Part shown: in pieces, positions 1 to 12,099 of the stretch
Layout: each line of letters starts with the position of its first letter
How positions within the stretch are numbered: the first letter of the stretch is position 1
Source: Cenococcum geophilum
Taxonomy: Eukaryota
Length of the DNA: 64,000 nucleotides
Assembly: GCA_050273025.1 (NCBI GenBank)
Contig: CP158636.1
Span: 8,122,001 to 8,186,000, forward strand
Reading direction: 5' to 3'
Translations under genes and position numbers: made by a program
The notes under the pieces: generated by a model
What the model was told of the DNA's origin: nothing
Seen by the model: the letters and a program-made list of their open reading frames with translations, nothing else
The model's database searches: none

Positions 1-1349
1 TACCTTTTCTATAGTATTTTTTAAATTGTATAATAGTTTCTAAGTAGTTTTATTATAGCCTATCTACTTAACCTTATACTATATTTTATTATTAATATCC
101 TTATAACTAATAATCTTTAAAACTTACTATTTATCTTCTTTTTATTCTTTATACGTATCTACTTTATAAATTAGTAGCTTAATATTCCTATATACTAGCT
201 CTAGTATTATAATATACTATATAGAGTAGATCTTAATTTTAGCTAGTAGGTTTAACTTAAATATAACTAGTAAAATTCTTTATATAATTTTAAAAGGTTC
301 TAGCCTAATATAGTCTAATTTCTTACTTAGTTATTAACTCTTAAAATTTTTATATAGTAGCTATACTTTATTTCCCTCCTTAAGATCTAGTCCCTTAAAT
401 CTCTTAGCGTTATAGTACTTTTTTATTCTCTTTTATACCCTTTTCACTAATTCTATAAGTGTTGGTATACTCGCATTATTAACGTGCACGAATATTACTT
501 GTAGTGGTACGTATGCGGTGTTGAAGTTGGTAGTTATTATTGTCTAGAAGTAAGGGATTGCTCCAAGGTCAGATTGGCTAGTCTCGCTTTATGGTCTCGT
601 AACCACGTTATATAACTAACGTTCCGACACTAAAGCAACTCTAAAAAGAAGGCTAATCTACACTCTAAAGTTAAGTCTACTTCTAGACTATTTATAGTAT
701 ATATATAATAGCTAGAGATCCAATTAATACGCAATAGCTTCTACGCTCCTTTTATAGGTCCGTAATTATATAACCTGTGTTACAGCTTATACAAATACCT
801 CTAAACCGAAGCCTGTAGAATGCTGTATTATAAAGGTACTAAGATAAACTATATAATAAAATTAGGACGTTATATAAGGAAAGAAGGTAAGAAAATAGAA
901 AGAAAGGGTATATATTATTAGCTTAGTTGCTTAACCAATACGTGTATAAAGCAGAATAGGATTTAGGTTATAGTCCTAGCAGAACTTAGTAGGATTTAGT
1001 AGACTTGGCAGAATATAGCAGAATGCCGTAGATTACCGTTAGATTGCTATTAGATTGCCGTTAGATTACTATTTTACGGTTAGTCTCTACTTGCTAAGTT
1101 AGTAAAAACAGGTAAACGTATATAAGGTGTTGCGGAGGTGTCCTATAACACTAAGGAAAAGAAAAAGAAGAATTGTTAGGGGTAGAAGGTTAATATATCG
1201 CGAGGGCCGCTAAGGCGCTAGTGGTAAGCGAGCCAATAGCGATTTTTTATCCTGGGGATAGAAAATCCTAATTGGCTAATTAAATTTAGGGTCTATAGAA
1301 TATAGCAGGTAGCTGCCCTAGTACCGTTATAACCCGCAAACCACCTTAT

Positions 1350-4300
1350 ATTATTCCTTACGCTCCACCTAACCTACAGCCTATATATTAACTTGGTTCG
1401 TATTAATAAGTCGCTATAAAGCGACACAAGGCTTCCCCTTAGTCATCGCGTCCGTAGGGTTAGCTTTACCATTAATCTATTTAACCTCTATAATCTACTA
1501 GCGTTCGTAAGCTTATTATAGGCACATTATATTAATTATTAATCGCTTCTCTTATGTGGTTCTAAGTTGTATAAAACAGTTATATAGCGACTTAGAATCG
1601 GTATAAAGTATAAGCGGGAGGTTAATCTATAGGACCTTGTCTACCATAGACTTAATAGTGACGGCAATATTAAAGCTATAAGCTATTCCGTAGAGTTTAA
1701 AAGCCAGGATGCTTCTAGTAACTCTTTTATACTTAATTAAGCTTTAATAGACGATATTGGCCTTTTTAGTTGCGTTAGCTAGTATAATAATATAGCCAAT
1801 TTATAAAGAGAGGTCCTTATTATTAGTAAAGGAAGCGTTTATAAAGACTAAGAGCTATAAAGTCTTAGCCTCCAATTTAATAAACTTAAGATCTCTATAT
1901 AAGTTCTAAATCTGCCAGCTTAGGCGCTTATTTAACTTTTTCATGTCTGCCTCCTTAGGATTAATTACCTAGGTAGTAATAGATAAGTTAAATAAAGCCT
2001 TTAGCTAACAGACTAAGGCGATATAGGCTCCTTTAGCGCGTTAAGCAATATACTAGTCCTTTAGCGTAAGTAGGCCACGCGTAACTTCTCTAGAGCTAGT
2101 GCTATCTACTAGCATAGTATTAACCACACTAAGGTTCTTATACTGGCGCTTTTGCGTTAGCGTAATATTCCTATCTTATACTAATTAAATAAGTCCTCTA
2201 TTAAACTTAATTGGTATATTAGTGGTTAGTTACTCTTGCTTTTTAGCTATAAATTTAGCCTTATATAGTTCGCTTTATTTAGCCTCTGCAAAGGTATTAT
2301 CTATAAGAAATAGTATATTATTAGTCTATAGGCCGACGATTTTAAAAGGTTTATTACTATAAAGTAAGTAAGGGTTATATATAGACTGGTCTATTTATAG
2401 CTAATTAACGTAGTATAAATAGTAGGTCTTAAACTAGTGGTTTTTAGCTTTAGGCACTTTATAAAGTGGCTTTATAACCTTTAGAATAGAGTCTTTATTA
2501 ATTCCCAATTGTTTATTTAGTTTGTGTAGTAGTTATATATAAAACTCGCGGTTTAGGTTTATAGTAGACTGGATATAGGCTTATAAGATATCTTAGAGGT
2601 AAAGTTATATCTATAGTAGCATAGCAGCAATATAGAGAATTAGCCGCTAGCGTACTCGTTAAATTATTAGTAACTAAATAAGGACTAGCTTTTTCTCTAA
2701 ATTATTATAGGCCTATATAATAAGTTATAATTTCTTAAAGGCTTTGTTAGTTCCCTTATTCTTAGTCTTATTAACAAACCATAAATTAAAGAGTTTGACC
2801 CCCTTTAGTATATCGTATAGCTTAATGATCTTAAAGACGCCTTTCTTAAGTAGGCCTATGACCTCTTTTTGCCGTAAAGCGCTAAACTAGGTGTTACTAT
2901 TGTTCTATAAATAAATAGTAGTATTAGCTATATCTGCAGTATTATCGTCCTGTAAGTAGATAGCAATATTAGCCATATTTATAATATCACCTATAAGAGC
3001 ACCTATATCTATTATAGCGTCCATAATAGCCGTGTCTGCGACGGCTATAAGTAATAGGTATTTGCAGGGGCGACCTCTACCTCGCTTTGGCGGTAGCTAT
3101 AGTTTAGCTTTAGGTAACAATTAAGGTTTAGCTAGTAAAGGTACTGGTTTAGCTAGTTTAATAGACTCTCGTGGTTTAACTAAGTCTTATAGGTCTAGTA
3201 GGTAAGGTTTTATAACTATAGAGCGGAAGGTCGTATGCCTATTTAATAGCTTTATAGTATAGGTTTTACCGTTAACAGTAAGTAGCATATATAGCCTATC
3301 CTAATAACTACTTTAGCTAGTATTGCCTTCTCTCTAGACTAAGACAGGCGAACTAGGTAGGAGGCTATAAATAGCGTTAGTTTGTTATCTATTTCGCATA
3401 TTAAAAGCGTTAGCGATCTATTGTTTAGCTTATAGCTTCTAAATTTCCACCATTGCTTTCTTAATAGCCGCAGCTCGCTGTGTAACTAAAGGTAATAGCG
3501 CGTCCAATTTAACCATTTGGGGGTAAGCTCTAAAGACTAGGAGTGTAGGGACTAGGCCTTCTGGGCCAGCTGTATTATTAATAGCTTTAAAAGCCATTTA
3601 TAGGGCCATCTCCTTACTAATTTTAGGGATTTTAGTTGTAATAATTTAGTAGGCTTATTATAGCGGACTATAGTAGCGCTCTACCATTCTAATAGAGTTG
3701 TGTAATTTGACTAGAACTAACTTTATAGTTACTCCTATAGTAGCAGCATAGTGCTTAAACTCCTTACTAATAAAGTTCTTCCTAGTATCTGTGGTGATTA
3801 AGTCTAATAGTCCTAAATAGCTGTTAATCTAGTACATTTATAGAACGTCCTAAGTATACTTAGCGCTGATATCTCATAGCCATCTACTAGCTTAAAATTA
3901 AGTTGCTTTATTAACTATATATAGTAGGGGGGAGCCGCTAATATACATAATATTAACGATAATATTATAATTGAAATTAACGTCATCTTATAAGGTAAAG
4001 CGAAATCTACTTAGAGATCTGCTAAACTTCTAGCAATAGTAGTAGAGTCTAGTTAGCTCTTTAATAGCAGATCTATTAGTATTATAGCCGTAGCCAGTTT
4101 TATTAAGAAGCTTTTACAGTCTATTAACTAACGGGTAACTAAATTGATAATATAGACGTCGTAGCTCTATATTAGTTAAGTAGTAAGGGTTCGCGTTAAA
4201 AGACTTAACTAAATAGGACTATAAAGAGAAGCTCTATACGAGAAACGGGTGGCTAAATCGTCTAACTATTAGCACCTTTTTAGTGCGAGTGATAATAACA

Positions 4301-6810
4301 TCCTTTAGGTTATCGTATTTAATATAAAATCTATTTATATCTACTAAATAAAGTAGGAAAGGAGTATCTGCTTTAATAATATAGAATTATATCTTACCTA
4401 TAGGGCTGTTAAGGTCTATAGTTCTAATAGACGTAGAGGCTCTAATCCCAAATTGGATAGTTACTTGGCCCTTAGTTAACGTATTAAGACTTACAGACTT
4501 GTCTACGGCCTATAGGGCTTAGAATTAGCCGTAGCTAGCCATAGACTTGTGCGAAGTACCTATATCGATTATAATTCCTATAAAGACCGTTAAGGTGTAT
4601 CGTAACGCTATAATTATGGCCGTATTATAGGCGAATAAGTTAGTCTCTATGTAGGGTTCTATAGTAGACTCCGTAGTAAGTTTTAAAGCTATAAGCAGGT
4701 GTATATAAGCCTTATTAGCTAGCTCTATACTTATAGAAGTTACTTCCTCTATAGTAAGTATTCTAAAGGTAATAATATAGGCAGAACTATTGTTAGGTTC
4801 TCCGGCATCGCTCCTAGAGTTATTAGCGTCTTATATATAGGCTTTAAAGTCTAAATCTTTATCTTTATCTCTTTCGCAAGCAGCAATATATTGCTTAAAG
4901 TAGTTATTAAAGTTACCCTTATTACGGCCCTTAATATTAATAAAGCGTCTCCTATAGTTATCTCTAGACCGACTACGCTCCTCTTCTATGTGTTTCTAAA
5001 AATAGCAGTTCTCCTTCTTATAAATATAGCACTTGGCCTTTAGTCTGCCATTAGTTCTATAAAAGCGATTACTACTATAGCAATTAGTGTTTCAGTCTCA
5101 ACTCTGGTTATTCTAATAGTAGTGTTAATCCGTAAAAAAGGCTTAGTAAGATGGTCTTATTAAGGCCTATAAGGGGTGTTCTTTTTCCCACGCGACAATA
5201 GAGGATTACAGCTTACTAATTAACTAAGAAAGGTCTTCTAAAGGGTTAGAGACAGCGATATGGTATACTAGCACTCCCTAGCAAGCAGTAACTAATTTAT
5301 TTATAAAAATGCGGTTTATACGGAAGTCTAAATATAATCTATAACGTTACTTTAACAGTTTATCTATAAGCAGTTAGAAGTTCTAATAGATTAACTTATT
5401 AGGGTTCTCATCTATAACTCCTTAAAGGGTTATACTATTCCACTCCGTAAGGTTCTTATAGTAGTATTTTAGCCCTTTAAAGAACTATCGCATATGGTTA
5501 CAGGCTTTAGTAAAAGGTCTTAACTTAAGGTCACTGTTATAGTAGTGGTCCTAAGTAAGCCCTTTTAGCATGCTAGGGAATGCCACTATATAGCCTTCTA
5601 GTAGTAAGCTAGATCTCTTATAAATGTTATCCCTTACGCTGTTGATATAGGCGCAATAACTAACGAGCCAATTAGAACCCGTGCATTTAACTAGGGTCTT
5701 GGCAAAACGAACTTCAAAATCTAGCAGTGGCCAAGGCTCCGGCGGTGGGATTTTAGCCCGCCTATTCTTTAGAACAATATATTAATTAGACTGCACAAGA
5801 TCTGCGTCATTAGAAGTACTTTTGCGACCTATTTTATTGATATAATTAAGGTAGGAAGCTATGTAGATTCTATAGTAGAGACATCGCGATTTTTTTGATG
5901 TTCGCGCACGGGCCGCATTTCTATTGCGCCTCAACAGCGTAAGGGATAGAAGATAGTTAACTTAAAGTTAAAGCTATTACTAACTCTATTGTACTTTTAG
6001 TCGTCTATATAGATCTTTATAATTATAGCTACCTCCTTACTATATCTAGGTCCTTGCCTAGGTCCTTACTCTATACTAGGTATGGCCAATTTAGGTGGTA
6101 TATATATATATAGCTGCTGCGGTTACTGCGGCTGCTATAGTTGCTGCTCTCTTAACTATAACAATTGGTTAATAAGGGTATAGATTTGGTCGTAGTTGGA
6201 GGATTAAGGATTGGGAGGGGTAGTAGGGGTAGTAGGGGTAGCGATTAGAGTGGCTGACGGTGCAGCAATCGGGATAACTGGTGGTGTAGCGGTTGGGATA
6301 GCTGGTAGAATTGGCGGAGTAGCTAGTAAGGGACTATAGAAAGGTGTTAACGCTGCTGGAACTATAGCAAGCTTATCTAGGGTTAAATTAAGTTAGTCTT
6401 ATAGAGCCACAGTAATTATCGGCTTAATATTAATAAGGGCTAGACTAATTTCTTCGTCTATCTATTCGTAAAACTCTTCTTTATTAGCAACGTCCGTTAG
6501 CACCTTGCTAAGGAAGTATCTCTTATCTTGCTTAATAATATATACTCCTCTCTTAACTAGGTATTTACAAATTCCTATTTTAGTATTAGATTATACTTAT
6601 TTAAAGATCTCTAGTATAAAGTCCTTAAAGTCTTCCTAAAATACTATCCATAATAAATAGTCTATAAGGTTAGATTGTGTATATAGGTATATCTTAGTCT
6701 TTATATACTCCGTTAGATTATTATTTATAGCCATTTCTAAGTTAATTCCGTAGCCGTACTTGGCAATTCTCTTCTTCCAATTAATTTCTATATTATTGTG
6801 TCTTTGTATA
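1350..6810 (-). pseudogene. Copia gag-pol relic of C1 (gag, PR, IN, RT, RNase H); ends approximate
   Basis: Same de-RIPed motifs as C2. Many RIP stop codons. Interrupted by the MITE at 5631-5945. Confidence 0.85.
5631..5945. mobile_element. 315-bp MITE-like insertion in C1 gag
   Basis: Absent from C2 and C3 at the homologous site. Ends CCCTTACGCTGTTGA(tata)GGCGCAATA ... TATTGCGCCTCAACAGCGTAAGGG. Apparent 2-bp AT duplication. Confidence 0.88.
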
Positions 6811-6828
6811 TATTATATATTGTAGTTC

Positions 6829-6895
6829 AAGGTTAAGGTTAAGGTTGAGGTTAAGGGTTAAGGTTAAGGTTAAGGTTAAGGTCGAGGTTTAAGGT
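6829..6895. repeat. (GGTTAA)n hexamer tract near the 5' end of C1 gag
   Basis: Tandem AAGGTT/GAGGTC units. A homologous tract is at ~12055-12095 in C2 and a shorter one at ~35650 in C3. Confidence 0.75.
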
Positions 6896-9800
6896 GAGGG
6901 TGTGTATATCCTCTATAGCCGTTAGGCCTATAAAGTATTCTTAGCAAGATTGCTATTCTCTTAGTAATCTATTATATTAGCTATAAGGCCAGTATAAATT
7001 CTCTTAAGCTTAAGGGAGGTCGTAATCTTCTCTAAGTAAAGATATAATTCTCTAGGCGATTTAACGCATTAGTAGTTAAGCTAATACATAGTTTCGAGCT
7101 TTAAGGGTGATATAGCTTTCTCCTTTAATGAAGTAGGCAAGGCTAGGCGATCTGTATACTATTTCCAGTACGGTTTTTAAGCTCTAGCTTATTACGTATT
7201 TCCTAATCTATACGTCTACTAATTAGTGTTAGTATACTCGCATTATTAACGTGCACAAATATTACTTGTAGTGGTACGTATGCAGTGTTAAAGTTGGTAG
7301 TTATTATTGTCTAGAAGTAAGGGGTTGCTCTAAGGTCAGATTGGCTAGTCTCGCTTTGTGGTCTTGTGACTACGTTATATAACTAACGTTTCGACAATAA
7401 GGTCTATATAAAGATTTATTAATATCTTTATTCTTTCTTTAACTGTGCTACTTATTTTCTTTACTTATTATAGTAATAATAATATTCTTAGCTTATACCC
7501 GTAATTTGCCTTAAATAGTAATATACCTATCCCTTCTTATAGTGTTATATTATATATAAACTATATAACTAGTAATAACAATACCTAATTATTCTATACG
7601 TAATTAATATAATATCTTGGATACTATTCTAATATTTAATTTAATCTTTCTATCTATCTATCCATCTACGGATAATATACTATTAATATTACTACGTAAA
7701 CCCCTTATTCTGCTAAGAATACTTTTTAAAATACTATTATAAATCTTAAATCTTTATCTAATATAATTTTACTTAGTGTTTTATATCTTATAAACACTTC
7801 CTTAATATAAATTTTAGTAATATTTTTTGCTAAGATTTCTTCTATATATGCTATAAAGTAGCCCTATTTGGTTAACTTATCTACTATTACTAGAATTATA
7901 TTATACTCCTATTTAGTAATAGAATCTCTTAACTTTAGTAGCTTAATAATAAAGTCCTATAATATAACTTTCTATAATCTCTCTAGTATTCTAATAGGTT
8001 ATAGCCCCCTATATAGCTTATACCTTATTAGTTTATTTCTTTAGTAATCTAAATACTCTTTTATTACTTTTTTTAGCTAAACCCTAGATTTTATTAATAA
8101 TATATTCTTTCTAAAATTTTAATACTAAGCCTATTACTCTATTATATCCCTAAGTTATTTCCTTATAGAAATCTTCTATAAAATGCTCTACTATACTTTT
8201 TAGGATATACTTTACTTTTTAGTTTTTGTATATATCTATCTATAAATCTTCTAGTTATATTTTTAGAATCCTTTATACCTAAAAGCTTTTTAGTATCTTA
8301 TAGACTCTTTTTAGTTTATTATCCTCTTAAGTTACTACTAGCTTAGGGTAATTATACCTAATTAATCCGTTATTATTTCTATATAATATTACTTTTAATA
8401 GTTTCTTATTATTCTATAGTTTAGCTTTTCTATTAAGTACGTTTACCTTTATATTTTTAGTTTCTTTAGTATACTAAATTTTAAAATAGTATTTTATAAG
8501 TATTTCTACCTATCTAACCTATCTTTAATTAAGTTCTTTTATTATTAGGAACCCTATTAAGTTCTTATAATCTATCTTAACTATAAATAGTTTTTTTATA
8601 CCTGATAAGAATACTTTTTATTCCTTAAGTTCTATAATTATACTTAATAACTCCTTATTATAAATGTTATAGTTTAACTCTAATAGTATTATCTTTTAAC
8701 TATAGTACGTTACTAGGTACTATATATTTTTATACTTCTATAGTAAATATACTCCTAATATAAAGTCTAATATATCCGTTTTTATAACTATATCTAACCC
8801 TAGTTAATAAATTTTAAGAATTAGCTTTTAGGTAAATAACTCTTTAAGTTCCTTAAATAGCTTTATTTATTTATTTTCTTATACTTATAGTTCCTCTTTC
8901 TTAGTAAGCCTAGTAAATAGTTTAATATTCTTTAACTATTATACTATAAACCTTTTATAGTAGTTGCAAACCCCTAAAAATAACCTTAACTATATTATAT
9001 TTTTTAGTTCTCGCTAGCTTACTATAGCTTTAATTTTCTTTAGGTCTATATTAATATAACCTAGTTTAATAATAAATTTAATAAAATTAGTCTTTCTAGT
9101 AAAGAACTTATATTTTTTAATTACTACTAGTATCTATTCCTTTTATAGTCTCTTTAAAACCTAGTTAATATATTCCCTATATTTTTTCTTAGTTATTAAG
9201 TAGATAATAATAATATTAAGGTATACTATAATAAACTTATTAAGGTGTTCTCCTAATATACTATTAATTTATTTCTAAAATATTACTAGTATATTTATTA
9301 ATCCAAATTATATAACTAATAGTTTATATAGTCCTTCCTTTAATCTAAAGGCTGCTTTTTATTTATTGCCTTCCTTAATTCTAATTTAATAGTACGCCTA
9401 TCTTAAATCTATTTTTATAAAGATTTATATATTACCTATCCTATCTTAGATTTTTCTAATTAAGGGTAAAAGATACCTGTCCTTTTAAGCAATACTATTT
9501 AACTATCTATAGTTAATATATAGCCTAAGTTTTTTATTCTTCTTTAGTATAAATAATACTAGATATCCTACTAATAACTATAATAGTCTAATATATCCCT
9601 TTTATAAGTTCTTTTAGATAAACTCTTTAAGTGCTCTTAACTCTTTTTAAATAAGCTTATAGATTAGAAAGAACCTTAGACTTATTTCTAGTTTTAACCC
9701 CATTTTATAGTCCTATACCATATAATTTACTAGCTTCTTACTTTTTAGGCTTTATAGCTTTTTACTATACTTATAGTATCTCTTTAGTATATAACTTAAG

Positions 9801-11654
9801 CCTTACTTAGTTTCTTTATATATCGCTCTAACTTAGTACTATATTAACTTAGTTTATTATTATATCTTATAACGTTAAGTATTTCTAATATTAACTTAAC
9901 CTATAACCTAATTAATCCTTAGATTATATTTTTATAACTAAGGCATTTCTAATACTACCTTATCCTATCCTAATAGTAGAATATTAAAAGATATCTTAAT
10001 TTATCTCCCTTTAATAGTTATCTAAATAGGTTCTATTTTAAGGTTAATAATCCCTTCTTTATAGGTTATTAGATTTCCTAAAATTATAACTAATAGGTAA
10101 AGTTATTTCTTCTATCTATAAGGTAATCCTATTTTTTTTTTAGTAAAATATAGTTTCGTATTACTCTACTATCTATTAATACTTTAAACTATTAATCTTA
10201 CTAATTAATTTATAAATTTAGGTATTATCCTTAAATTCCTTTAAGGGTTTAAGGCTTTATTATTAGCTCCCTTTAGTTTTATAGGCCTCTACTTTTCCTA
10301 ACTATTAGTTACTTAATTCTATTATACTTAGCTTATCCTTTAGCTAATACCTAGTTTACTTTTTATCCTCTATATACTATAGGTACGTATTCTTTAGGTA
10401 TTTTTACTACTATTATTTATCTAGGTATTTTTCCGTAAGGAATCTTTTTAGTTAAAGTATTAAGTCCCCTAACTTCTAAACTTCTACTAAATACTATTTA
10501 TATATATACTTAGTATTTTTATACTATTACTTATCTAGCGCTTAATATATTCTTATAGGGTACTTCTAATTCTTTTCTTTTAGGTTCTTATATATATTAT
10601 ATATATTATCTATATATATAATCTATAATAGCGTATAGTATACTAAGTACTTTAGGTTAACTCTTAACTTATTTTTATTCTTAAGTTTAAACCTTTATTA
10701 TATTAATTTAAATATTATAACTTTATTTATAGGTACTAAAATTCGCCTTTTACTTCTTTAGTCCTCTAACTATTTCTTTAGATCCTTTAATATTATAATT
10801 AAGGCTCCCTTAATATAACTTATAGCTTTTGCTATAATAGGGTAGTCTTAAATAACTTATTTATTTAACTATATATAAAAATCTTTTTACTTATTATTAT
10901 ATTGTTACCTATACTACTTTTAGTATAGCTACTAAAGTATATATAGCTTATCTATAAGAAAGTATCTTCTTATTACTATATTATAATAGCCCTTTATATA
11001 TCGTTCTTTAAATCTAATAAAGATCCCTAAATTCTCTTTATTTTCTAGTTTAGTAAGCTATTTTACTCTTAGTATACCTATCTTAGGCCTATTAGTTATT
11101 CTTTATATAGGTACTTTATCCCTAGTATAACCTAGTATACTAGATCTCTAGTTTAGTTTCTATTTTTACTATATAAGGATTCTCTATCTAAATTCCTTTA
11201 TAGTTTTTTTTATTTTTTACCTTATAAGTAGATCCTTAAAGACTTCTTACTTTTTAATCTTAGTATTAATTTTCTTAATAGTCCTTATTTATATATTAAA
11301 GTTTTAGTTCTATAAAACTCTTAATTTTAAGCTTACTTTTTTCTTAAGTTTAGCTCTAGCCTTAGTTTAACTAGGCTTTTATAATATTCTTATCTTATTT
11401 TAAGAATCTTAAATTTTACTTATCTTTTCTTAAAAATCTTATACTATCGGAATGTTAGTTATGTAATATGGTTATAAGATCACAAAGCGAGACTAGCTAA
11501 TCTGACCTTGGAGCAAACCCCTATTTCTAGATACAACAATCAACTACTAACTTCAACACCGTATACGTACCACTATAAGTGATATTTATATATATTGATA
11601 AAGCGAGTATACTAACACTAATTAGTAGACGTATAGATTAGGAAATACGCAATA

Positions 11655-11975
11655 GCAAAGCTTAAAACCACGTATTAGCTTAACTGCTAACGCGTTAAAT
11701 CGCAGAGCTATTACCCTATTTTAGTTAAAGGAGAAAGCTATATTACCCTCAAAGCTCAAGACTACGTATTAGCTTGCTAACGCGTAAAATCGCCTAGAGA
11801 ATCGTATCTTTACTTAGAGAAAGCTACGTCACCCCTTAAAGCTTAAGACCACGCATTAACTTAACTATTAATGCGTTAGATTGCCTAAAGGACCTTAAAG
11901 CTTAAGACCACGTATTAACTTAACTACTAACGCGTAAGATCGCCTAGAGGACCGTATCTTTGCTAAAAATCGTCT
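11655..11975 (+). repeat. Degenerate tandem repeats in the C2 5' leader
   Basis: About four to five recurrences of AAAGCTTAAGACCACGTATTAGCTTAACTGCTAACGCG..ATCGCCTAGAG. C1 and C3 have fewer. Confidence 0.7.
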
Positions 11976-12099
11976 TTAGTCTTTAGTCTTTAAAAACTAT
12001 AGATTTGTCAAGGGGACACGCACACACCCTTACACCCTTACCTTTATACCCCCGACTTTAACCTTAACCTTAACCTCGACCTTAACCTTAACTTTTAAA

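Larger units (their letters stand above)
460..7396 (-). mobile_element. Copia LTR retrotransposon C1 (GalEa-like), full length, RIP-inactivated
   Basis: 170-bp LTRs 460-629 and 7227-7396 (TGTT..GACA). TSD ATAAG at 455-459 and 7397-7401. Internal region is the reverse complement of C2. Confidence 0.95.

Noticed and set aside
6829..6895. Possible interstitial telomere repeat
   Set aside because: The unit is TTAAGG/TCGAGG, not TTAGGG, and it recurs at the same place in each Copia C copy.
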